Assembly (NCBI GenBank): GCA_977017645.1
Contig: OZ360223.1
Location: 138,694,001-138,758,000, forward strand
From: Torpedo marmorata
Taxonomy: Eukaryota
Length of the DNA: 64,000 nucleotides
Reading direction: 5' to 3'
This document shows, in pieces, positions 24,301 to 36,900 of the stretch; the first letter of the stretch is position 1; every line of letters starts with the position of its first letter. The position numbers were made by a program, and so were the translations under genes. A model generated the notes under the pieces. The model did no database searches and had not been told where the DNA came from. It saw only the letters and a program-made list of their open reading frames with translations.

Positions 24301-27300
24301 GCCTACTGAGGTTGTGAGGCTGGGCCTGTGCTGGATTGTGTTGTAGAGGTTGTATCGATTGGGGTAGAGCAATCAAGGGTTGTCCTGCAGATCCAAAGTT
24401 GGGCAAGGAGAGCTGTGAACCTGGAAGGGGCAATGTCACCTGGGGATACAAATGAAAACAGTTAACAGAATTAAAAGGTTCTTGAATTTTTTTTTGACCG
24501 TCCGCAAAATTATTAAAGCAACCCCTGCTTCATTTGCATGGTGAAAAATAGTAAAGCAAATCAGATTCATTTAGCTCAGGCACTTCCCCAAAGGAAACTT
24601 GGGAATTCAGAGGACCTGTTTAGTGGCTCCAGTAGTGAATGCCTCATTAGCAACCGCTGAACAAGTTTGCTGCCAGTCCTCCCGCTTAGAGGTACAAAGA
24701 TCCCCGTGAAGAAAGCAAATAAGGAAATTGAAGAAAAGTCAATTTTCTGAATATAGTCTGTTAAAGGCTCCAATCGTTTCTTAAAAAATTAAGTATAACC
24801 CCCTTTTTAAAATATTTTGATAATCAAAACAAAGAAAAGACACCTGAAACTTTTTTATTACCTGTTGAAGAGCAGCATTGGGTGACTGAGCTGTACTATA
24901 GTAGTTACTTTGGCCAGGTTGTTGTACCTGACCTGTAAAAAGGTTGGATGGCTGAGTTAGACCCGGCCTTGCCTACACAAAAACATGTAACAAGTGAATG
25001 TTCAGCACACTAGCAGAAGAATATATTCACAGTACATTCTTTAAGATTCAATTATTACAAGGGAATTTTATTTAAAAACTGGAAAGATTCTGATAGGTTG
25101 CTCACCACCATAATCCTGGAGAAATTCAGCTTGTATTATTTAATATTGTGTAAATTAATGGCTAAATAGGAACCATGATTCCAGTAAGGGAAGTGAAAAT
25201 AAGCAGTGGGAAAATAAAACTTCAAAATGGCTTTAGCTCTTTATAAAAATTAGTAAACTTTCTTGGGGAAATAGGCCATACTGAACTACATGAATCAAAA
25301 ACACTTCCTTGAAGTAAAAAGAAGCATTATTACAAGCTGAATAGCTCAAAAAATAAAGAAGCATGTACTAGGAGAAGCAGGATAAGTGCCTTTATTGGTG
25401 AATAACATATTGGAATACATTAACATTTGAGTAGATATATGCGTGCAAATAGAAGGGCATTGTTGCCCACGAAGGTATATTAAGCCTAATTTACTTTAGC
25501 CTGCGTTTTCAGAGGATTAAAACAATATTCACAAAAATGAAACATGATTTTAATAAATTTACTGATTAAATTATCAGCAATGCAGAAAATGTACACGTTG
25601 CTTACTTTTAAAATATATTTTTAGAGGGGGTACTTACTTTCCTATGAAAATGTTGAAAGGTATGGTAGCATATATTGTAGTTGCCTGCATCGGCTTCTCC
25701 TGTTCTCAGACCCTGCACATGCCACTGATTAGAGTTCCCCTTTAAAAGCAGACCCATGCAACACTTTTGATGATAACTGTAGACTGAAAATGTTTCAATG
25801 CAAACAATATTACCCTTAGTATCCTTAACTAAAGTGGAAATTATTTGTACATACCTGTATTAGATGGGTATCTAGAAGTTGAGAACCTCCAAGACCAGAA
25901 CCCTGACTTAAAGTGTGCTCATAAAGGATAGGAATAGGCTGTGCATTGCTTGTCTGTTGAAATGCCAGACCAGACTGGGCTTTGGCTAGATCTTGGGCTT
26001 GAACTGCCGAAAAGTTGTGCAAGGCAGTGCCCGAGAGAACCACAGGGGATGGCTGGGAGAGGTTGCTTTGCAGGAAAGCCTGTTGTGTCCTGCAAGGTGA
26101 AACATTTAGAAGTCAGTCAACATACTACAAAGAGATGCAAGAGGCTAATAACATTTTGAAATTGATTTCTAAATAACCTATACACAGTTCCAAAACATTA
26201 GCAACTTTTGGGGATTAAGTACCTGGAAAGTGAAAATTAAAATATTTTTTAAATTTTGGGGAAATATTTAAAAATAAATTCAAACAAAGATATCAGATTA
26301 GAAATACCTAGACTGGAATATCCCAACAAGAATAATTATCATGCAAGTTTGAGCAGCACTATTTAATATGCACATTAACAACCTGATTGATTCAACTGAT
26401 AGAACCCTTTTTTATTGATTAGTGGGAGCTTTTAAAAATATAACCGGATTAGTCTATTATTTGAATCTGCAAAGAATTTTTGCTTTTGATATCTTGTGTA
26501 ATATAGCATAAAAAATATGGCTTTACCTGAAAGGTTGCAGGGTTGAGCTAAACATTTCCTGGGCCTGTGAAACAGTAGGGCCTCCTCCTAAACTAAGTTG
26601 GGCCTGAGGTTGACCAGGAATTGGTGCATATATAGGTATGGAGATCTGTTGAACTGCAGTTGGCTAAAGCAAAAGATAAAAAGAAAATGGTGAGTTAAAA
26701 AAAACCATCTCAAAGTAAAAGGTGACACCAGGAAACATTGGCATGATCAATGTTTGTGATGCCTGGGAGCACAGAAGCAGTGATTAAGTTCCTGGACAGG
26801 TATCTGGAGGCCCAGATTCCTAATCAGGCACTTGTGTTTGAGTCCTACTTTTGCAACAGGGTATTAGAGTTCAAGTAAACTGGGTTGAAAAGCTTGTTTC
26901 AGAATAATGATGCAACAATCTTTTTGTTGTCATAATACATCTGCTTCACAAGATTCAAGATTCAATTTATTGTCATAATAATAAGACAGTGTCATATTCC
27001 ATGAAGTATCCTTCCTTCCTTCCTCTGGGCAAAGAAATCATGACATCCTTGCCCAGTTTGGACTACTTGCTACCGACCATCCAGCAATGTTGTTAACACT
27101 TATCTGAGCTCTAAAACAACCTAAGCAGCAATCAGGGACTGCCAATAAATGGTGACAACGTTCATATCCTTTGAACCAATAAAACTGTAGTGAGCTATTG
27201 AGCTGGGCATCATTCCAGGATACTCCTCGTATGTCAATGCCACAGCAGAAGCCTGGTCCAATGAGAAGGTAGAAATTTGTATCGATTTACCTGGTTAAAT

Positions 27301-30300
27301 TCAACCTTTATATTATTTATACCTAGCCTCACTTAATCTCAATTCTTGTGGACCTTCTTGAGAAGCATGTTTTCATGTTATTAGGCAAGCAAAAGCTTTT
27401 AAAAAAATTTTTTTTATAAATGCACCTCTCATGGTTTAGTTTGAGAAGAATGGCACACCGTGTTTCCACAATTATTATTATACATGGTCTGAGTGTGGTG
27501 CTAACAGAATTAAGTAATATGATATTAATTCTAAATTGAAGCTTTAATTTCAAATGAGAATTAAATTGATGCAAAACGATTCTGATGCTGGGAGACTTCT
27601 CCCAAAATTATAACAGCGTGCACTCAACTGTGAAATCAGTGAAATATGGAATACATTACAGAGAAACCACCCATTAGTTATAGTGTATATCCACTGGATT
27701 CTATCTATTACATCAACTAATATAGTTTACCTGTTTTCCCAAATATTAATTATATCAAGTTACATTTCAAATATTTCTATGCAACATCAGTCAAGATTTT
27801 ACTTTTTCCATTACTGTTAAATTGACTTTTCAATCTAAGTTGGCCTGAAATTGTCTAAATGGTGCTATTCTTTAGTTACTCAATTTTATAAATGTCCTTC
27901 AGGAGAATTAACTTTAACAGAGTATTTTGCTGGTTTCAGCTTGTCCAACATAATTGACAACAGATTTTCATTAGAATACATATCCTAAAAAAAGGAATAA
28001 TCAATAGTTAATTTTGGAGATTTATGTGATTACCTTTTACAGTGAGAGCATCTTCCCCAAAAGATCATACCCAAGTGAATTATAAATTAACCAGGGGCAA
28101 CCAAACATTACCCTGATGGTAGCATGGCTGTGAACCATTGGCAATTTGTAAATCAGCAAACAACCTTTCAAACCTTACCTCTCATTCCTTTGAACACCAA
28201 TGCCCATGACCTCTCACTACATAACTTTCAACAGCATAGACAGATGAAACGGAAACTGGAAATTCAACTAAAATGTCAGGTTGCTTCATTCTTTGGCAAA
28301 CAGCAAGTTTAGCAGCTTACCCAAAATGAACATCATAAGCAGCCAACAAAATTCTGAAAGAAGCATGTCTTACTTGAGAAGGTCCAGCCTGGAAGCCCTG
28401 CTGTTGTGCCAGAGCTGGAGGAGCCAAACGGGGATGCTGTGTGCTGAACAAATGGCTGGTATCCATATAGAAGGTTGGGATCTGTGCAGCAGGCTCTTTT
28501 AAATAAAATTGAAAAGATTGTCTTTACAACTTATGTACTTCTTCATAAAGGAACAAAACAACACTATTATTTGAAAATAAGACAAAGCCACAAAATAGTA
28601 GAAACTTGCCCTTGATCACTTGTGCTACGTGTGTACATTTATAGTTGTGTGTTGTATCATGCTTCCAAAGTATGGTTCCATTCAATTTCCATATTCACAT
28701 TAAATGTGAGCTACAGTGAATGAACTTTAACTTCACTGACTGAACAAGTCAAGAAAAGATGGTAATGCTTATTGAAAGCACCACTTGTATTTTGAAGATC
28801 TAAAATTAAAACTGTACAATAAACCATGTTGTCAGCATGCTGATTAACAACTTTACCAGGGTGCAGGTTTCATGTTAATCAACTGCACAAGTTGAACTAT
28901 CCAACTGACAGATGTGAGAAATGTAGCAAAAGCCCCACTCTTCATAAACATGACAAAATACTGCATTTCATAAACCAGAAATCACACCAGTGATTCTCAA
29001 CTTGACATTGATACTAACAGCAGATATATGTCCACGAGTCACGAGGATTTTCAATGCACAAGCCTCTAATTCCATGGGATGGGATATTAAACAAGCTGAT
29101 AAATATCTGAAATTAGATTCCTTTTTCTTAACGCAGCATTTTCTAGCAACAAAAACAGTTTAGTGCATTCTGGCAGTAGATAACTACTCTTCAAATGAAA
29201 TTCCATTTGCTGCTTACTTTAAAAACTTAGTCTCAATACCATAGACTGAAATAATCATTACATACCTGCTGCAGATTGGGAGACATACACCTGTGGATTT
29301 TGTTGTTGCTGCGGTATGAGTGATGTTACACAGCCTAACTGTGAGAAATGATTTGCAAGGGCCATATTGCTGGTTTGCAGTTGTTGAGGTTTGACTTTAC
29401 AAATATTGGGTGGGTCAGTGGTGGAGGTTGCTTTAGTATTCAACGAAGAGGTAGTGCATGTCCCTGATCCTGTTGAGAACAGCGAAGACCACAATATTAA
29501 CTAATTCATGAAGGAGAACTGTCAGCAGTTAGCTACATTTAAGAAAGCCATTAGCAAGAAACAATAGTAGACTGCCATATGATATGCAATAAATCTGAAA
29601 TGCAAACCTGATTAGAAATCAGTTTAAAGAAACAAAAAATATCCTTTATTTCTAACCTAAGCAGCTAGACCGAATTCAATAAACTGGAATATTTGCATTT
29701 ACTTTATTGGTTAACAGATAAATCATAGAAAATAGCAATGATTTTGCTGTCCACTATTTATAATAATCTAAACAATGCTCTTATTCTGCAGTTACCTGAC
29801 AAGGATGTTGTGGGTGTGACTGAGGCTACTGGAATTGGAGGCATGGAAGCACTGGAGAAGGAACTGTAAGTACTACTGCTACCTCCATTACCACTGCTAA
29901 TTGGTGACGCTGTAGAGGTCACTGGAGAGCTTTTATCTCCGACATTTGGCGAGTTCTCCCAGGCCTTCCGTGCGCATTCCATCTTAAACAGAAAAAAAAT
30001 GCATTTTATTTTTTGCTGTATTCCTCAGATTTCCTTTCACAGTGGAAGCTATAATTAATTTCACAATCCCATTTTAAACATTCAGCATCCCAAATTATAA
30101 TCTGCTTTTAAGGCAAAATAAAACTGATTTGAAATAGGTAGATGATAACAGGCACTGAGATGTAATGCAACAAAATAGAATTTCTTGTATACAAGAAACA
30201 AAAGTCTAGTCTGCATTTCAAATCTTTTTACAAGTATTAGAGTAACATGAAAGATTGAATCATGTCAACAATCTACACCATTACAAGATGCATCAAAAAC

Positions 30301-33300
30301 AATGATACTGTCAAAATGACATCACTTTAAATGCACCACCATTAATGTTGGATCATTTCATTCAATGAAATAGAGCTGACATTCATAACAAAACTGTAGT
30401 CATTTAAAAGCACTTCAGAAGCTTAAACTTGTTAGATATTAAAATAGAACGTCACGTTTAAAAAAAAATTGCGACTCAAATCAAATGAGAAAAACATTAC
30501 TTACCTTCCCTATTTTTTCCCCAAACACGTCTCCACAAAACTAATCACCGACCCCCACCATATTGGGACAATGCTATTTAATTTGCACAAATGGTACTTT
30601 TGTGCATGAACTCTTTTGTACGCAGCCTGAATCAGCGCAAGTACAACTTTGTTGCTACATTCCTTTGGCAGAGTAGTCTTTGCTTTGACTGCAGAGAAAT
30701 TTTTCTTCAGTGCATAGAGACTAAATGACATTTGCCCTTCATTCAATGTGCCGGAGTCTTGGCTAGCATGCAAAACCTTGAATTAGTTATGCAAGATATA
30801 TATACACAATACAATGACTATTCCTGTGCACCATATTTGGAAAGAAATACTTAAATCAAGGCATTAACACTGACCAGTGTCACATATTGATTGAAGAATT
30901 TAATATAAAAAGTCAAGCATCAACATGACCATAAACATATCAGTGAAATGTGATTTAAAAATATTGTGCAAATTTTAATTTTCTCATGAAAAACTAGTCA
31001 ACTCCTCATTAGTATTGTCTTTTGATAGCCTTCCTGTTCTGTACTAGCTGACCCAGTATATAACAGGAAGGCTATCAAAAAGCAATTAAATCCTAAAGTT
31101 GATCACTGTCACGATAGCAGCAACTAAATGCAGCTTGGAACATGTGAAGGTTTATGTTGTCGTCATCCTTCTCTATTGGGTGTTATCATCATTTATGTAC
31201 AGAAGTTAAGCAAATGAGGAATTATCAAAATGATTAATATTTAATTGTTAGGAGCAAATATGAGACAAAGTAAACACTAATCATAAGTTTTAACTTTTAT
31301 CCTATTTTCTTGTTAATTGCGACTCAACTTCCATTTGTGTCATTTTCTTTGAGCAATATCCAATGTAGAGAATGCATAAAATCTGATTTAATGCATGCTA
31401 GATTATGAGTAAGCACGAGGTGGCGAGTTCAAATCTCAGCATGATAATCTATCACATTGTGAAACTCAGTGAATTAAAAATAAATCTCAAACATGCAACT
31501 TTAAGTATGCCAATTTTTTTCTAAAACCCCAAATGGTTCAATCACCTTCACAAAAGGTTCGCTTCCATTGTCATCTTTTGTTCTTGGAACAAAATAATGA
31601 ACTGCTTCCCTCATGAAGATGTGGAATGTTATTACCCGAAAGGATGGTGGAACCAAATTCCATAGAAACTTTTAAAAGGCAGCTGGACATGCACTAATCT
31701 GAAGGGTCAATTAACAATTCTTGCATGGAGGTTGTAAAGGCCTAACAATCTGAGTGACTCGCTTTCATTCTCCAAGATAATTAACTCGACTATGAGCAAA
31801 GATGACTTTATAACATATTGAATTTACAATCAACAATAACAAACAATTCTCAACTGCAATACTGGGTCAATAATAAATTAGATGTAGTCTTTTTAAACTT
31901 GCTGCATTTTAATCACACTACATATCTGAAGTACACTCAGCTCTTCATTTGCTGCAAGAAAGCTACTTAATGTCATCTGATCATCTTGGGCAAAGTTAAT
32001 TCACTAGCAGAACAACTGGCATTTTCTAACAGTGCATCTTTATGAAAGAATTTTTGAAGATAACAGAAGAAAACAAAGGACTTTGTAGATGACTGTACAT
32101 CACTTGCAATAGCATATTAAATTGAAATAGCATCCTGGAAAACTCATGGACCTGATGGTATACAAATTAGCTTTGTTTTGGATTAAGTGCAGATTTTTGA
32201 TCTTCAGTCATATAGCATTACACCAGAAAAAATATTAAGGAGTAACACTGTTACAGATTATGACAGTTTAATGGACATGGGATATTCAGAAAGAGGTGAT
32301 GGAAGGTAAAATGTAGGGTAAAACGATGTACAAATGCATCACACCCAGCTCTCTCCCTGCATATCAAAATACCCCTAGAGGGATCAGGTACATACCTTGA
32401 GGGTGAAGTCGACAGTGGCGGGAGAGACTGGTGTCAGGTTGGAGCTCTGTTGTAGAGTCTCCCTCCTGGGGATGGGAAGGGTGTGGGGCAGGGGCACCTG
32501 AAATGCAGGCAACACACATCACACTCTCACTAGAACTAGAAAAACTACAGTATCTAAAAATGTTCAGAAAAATCCTAAACCATTACATTTAACATTACTA
32601 CAAGTATTATCTGTTTTCTAATTTACACAAGAGGACAGTGGTGATCTAAACAATGCAGGTTTCAGATAATTATTAATACATTGTTTTTGTAAAGGGATTA
32701 GGGTGCATGAAAATTGAAATTTAATTTCACCTGGTTTAGTTCAAGCTAATTTTTAAAATAAGTGAACATAACAATTTAAAAGTTATGTGCAAACGCAAGC
32801 CGCTGTTATCACATTGTCCGGATAAACATGTTGGACATTCCCATATAAAGAATAAAACAGCTATTAACAATAATACTTGGCAATGGGATTACCAACATGA
32901 CACAGTTAAGCTTCAGTAATCTTCAGCATGAAGCCCAAAACTCAAGCATACGTTTGTAAAGTTGATCAAATTGCAATTCAAAATGCAAAACAAAAAAGTA
33001 TTTTGTTTTTACTTACATTGCTGGCTAGGGAATCCTCTATTTTGTCATTGCCAGCTGACACCGAATCTGGCAGTGATGTAGAAGGAGCTGTGTAATCAGT
33101 CATTGATTCCTAAAATTTAAAGTTTACATACATTCATAATTTTAAAGAATACATGTTATCATAACAAGTACACAAGATATACAACTGACATGGGGATTAT
33201 CTTTTGGATACTTACGCTACCATTGTAATCCATAAAAAAAGTGTATTTGAAATTTTAACATTTAAATTTGACCAAAACTCAATCTTTTTAAATTTGATCA

Positions 33301-33877
33301 AAACTCAATCTTTTTAAATTTAGACACACAGCACAGTAACAAGCCATTTCAGCCCATGAGTCTGTCTCCCAATTTACACCCAATTAACTTACACCCCTGT
33401 TAAGTTTCGAACAGTGGGAGGAAACTGGAGCCCCCGGGGAAAACCCACAGACAGCGCGGGATTCGAACCCCAGTCCCGATCGCTGGTGCTGTAAAGGCCT
33501 GACTTAAGGAAACCTGACTTTATGCATATTTAAAGTCTTTTTCAAGTTAGTAATATGTTTTGTCACACTGATTAATGACCAAATTCTATTAGTTTAATTA
33601 TGGGTGAACATTCGACAAAATGAAATAACTGTACCACGAATACATAGTGATAATGATATGGGTAGTTATGGAAAACGGATGTTTCTGACTTGATGAGAAA
33701 TGGTCTTACAGACAGTTCACCAGAATAGAACCCTTACAAAACCTGGAGACTGTCTGGACCTGATGACATGCTAAATATCAACTGCAGTTCTAACCAATTT
33801 CAAAATGCATGCGATAATAGTCACTCTGGCTCCAATTTTCTTCTTTCCTCAAAGTGTTGAAAATGTGCTGCAACGAT

Positions 33878-33909
<32 letters not shown>

Positions 33910-36900
33910 GTGAACGTTTGAAGTTTTGTGAATACAAGAAGAGAATATCATTTGCACTTTAAATTTTCACTGCATAGCAAGAGGGATAGTTATGCTAACT
34001 GAAATCACAATTCAGCAGAATTTAAGAATTAACATGCTTTTTCCCTCCCAAGTACGACAAACCTGAAGAACTGCATTATTTGGGTATTCTATCGTTTAGG
34101 TGTCACTAAATTTCAAGGTTACTACAATACTAGGTATTTTTCCAGGTAGTTTACTGAAATAAAGGTTATGGGTATAATGACCCAACATCAATACAAATAC
34201 CTTTAATCATTACCTACACTCTCAGCAATGTCTTTTAAGAGCAAAAGTAATAGGTCACATTCGTGCAATATTCAACAAGTTCACAAATTTCTTTTTCAGT
34301 GCCACTTTAGGCACTAACACCACATTCCTTGATTTGTCTCGGTCTTGAATATACAAAGAAACGGAGCACCTACTGTCCCCGTGGGTAGAGAAGACCAGAC
34401 TTGTATGCAATATTGAAGGCGCAGTCTCACCAAGACTGCATCTAAGATTCTTTACTCTTATCAGAATCACCTTAAAATAAAGGCCAATGCATTGTTTACT
34501 TTCGTAACTGCTCGTTCCCCATTCATTATCTTTCAATGATTCCTGTACGAGGACTCCCAGGTCCCTCTAATTACAAATACCTTTCAATCTCTCACCAAGC
34601 AAAAACTGCATTTCAGTCCTTTTTAACCAAAGTAGATGACCTCATATTTCCATATATGACCTCATATTTCCATATATGACCTCATATTTCCATATATGAC
34701 CTCATATTTCCATATATGACCTCATATTTCCATATATGACCTCATATTTCCATATATGACCTCATATTTCCATATCCTCATCCATTCGCATCCCCTGAAG
34801 TCTTTTTGCATTCTGAACTTGGAATGGCACCCTCCAAACCGATTTAAGGGAAAGGTAATATACATCATCAATGATCAGTCATTTCGATCACTCTTTTATT
34901 AGCATTACCTTTGAATTTTCTTCAAATTCTTTTGACACAGAGATCATAGTCTTCACCTCTGTGCTCAGTTCAGTCACATTTGACTCCTGCGTTACCACAG
35001 GTTCTGGACTCCCAACAGTAGCAGCTGGAGGATCATCTTCTGTTTCAGTCTGCTGCACATCTTTGGCCTTCCGGTTTTTCATTGATCGTTCCTTACCAAT
35101 GGGACCAGGTTTATGTTCTTTGTTCTCCATTAGACTCAACTCTGGAAGCTACAAAAAGGACACAGATGTTAAAATGTATTCATTCCCAAAACATTAATTT
35201 AAACCTGGTTGGAACATTCAAACTTCAAGGGCTTCTAAGAATTCTAACAAGCAAGAATGTAAATGTTAAAAGATTTTCCACATATTCAAGTGATAATATG
35301 TTTGAATAAGTACAATTTATTTGACAGACACAAGTCTGAATGCATAATTCCATAGAGGACAAGTCTGTGGATTAATCTTTTAACAATTTTAAGTACAGTA
35401 TTCTGGTTTAAGAAATACACAAAATAAACTATTGGTGTGAATTATTCTGGTGCAGGCCATTCTGTGCTCTGCATTTGTTCAAATTTCCCTTGCTCTTTGG
35501 AGCTTAAAACATTTAAATTACTGAATGACAACCTGATAAAAGATATGGCAGCACAGTACTGCATTGGCAGAGCTGCTGCTTCACAGCTCCAATAACCCAG
35601 GATGAATCGTAACCCCTGTCAAGGTCTTTGTGGAGTTTGGAAAGCCTCTCTGTGACCATATGATGTTTTCTCCAGGTGATCTGGCTTCCTACCACATTCC
35701 AAAACCATGTTTGTGGGTTAAATGCCCATTACAAATTGTCCTTTGCATGCAGATGAGGGTCAAATTTGGAGGGAGTTAATGGGAATGTGGGAAAGATAAA
35801 AGACTTGTAGCTTTGTACAAGTTCAAATAGGTGTTTAATACGAGGATGGAATCGGTTGGCCAAAGGGCCAGTTTTTGAGCAGTATGTATCATGACATCCA
35901 CAAACTTAATTAAATTTCTGGCTGGCGCCAACTCCCAGGACAAGAGTAAACTCCAGAGGCACCAAACTTCACTCCATCGAGGACATCTACATGAGGCGGT
36001 GTCTTAAAAAAGCAGCCTCTATCTTCAAAGACCCCCACCACCCAGACCATGCCCTCTTCACTCTGCTTCCATTGGGGGAAAAGGTACAGGAGCCTAAAGA
36101 CGAGCACTCAACGGCACAAGGACAGCTTCTTCCCCGCTGCCATCAGATTCCTAAATAATCAATGAACCAAAGACACTGCCTTACTTTTCGTGCACTATTG
36201 TTTATAATTTTTTATAGTAATGTCGTTAGATGGTTAATATGAATGTTAATTGCACTATGATGCTGCCGCAAAACACCGAATTTCATGACTTGTTCATGAC
36301 AATAAATTCTGATTCTGATTCTAAATGTCAGGACTAACCTTTTATTTCCTTAGTATATCAAATTAAAGGATTGACAAGGAAAAAAATGAATGACAGAAGG
36401 AAAACTCTTAGAGTCAAATTAGGTCAAGGAGATGGAACTGATGTAAGGAAAGATTGGATAAGAGAAAAAAGTACAATAATTTACAATCTGTGGGACTGGG
36501 ATGATAGTTTCAACTGTTCCTACTCTGGGCCAATGAATTTAAGTGCAAACGCCAAAAATCGATGCCTACATTAAGCAGTTACTAAGTAGAAGCCTGAACT
36601 TTTCACAGAACGTTTAAACAGAAGCTCATACGCAGATGCAGCAATGAATTAAATAAGTAACATGTTCAAATTTATTGTTCTCTGATTGTCCATATACATA
36701 TACAACCCGACGAAACTGTGCATCTCCGGACCATAGTGTATACGCGCACACACACGAATATAAAAACATAACGATCCAAAATAAATATATACAATTTACG
36801 GGTTTTTAGGATTGTTCAACAGTCTCAATGCCTGCGGGAAGAAGCTATTTCCCAGCCTGGCAGTCCTGGTTTTGAATGATCCTGTACCTCTTCCTTGATG

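Noticed and set aside
25645-25760. H/ACA snoRNA reading of the 25.7-kb segment
   Set aside because: AGAACA and ACA are present but the upper stems are weak; the cassette-exon reading fits better
29027-29085. Hairpin plus ACA on the minus strand
   Set aside because: No H box or 5' hairpin; pocket-to-ACA spacing is too short
31100-31195. Possible degenerate SNORD62-like C/D snoRNA
   Set aside because: Box C is present but no CTGA box D; similarity is limited to short words recalled from memory
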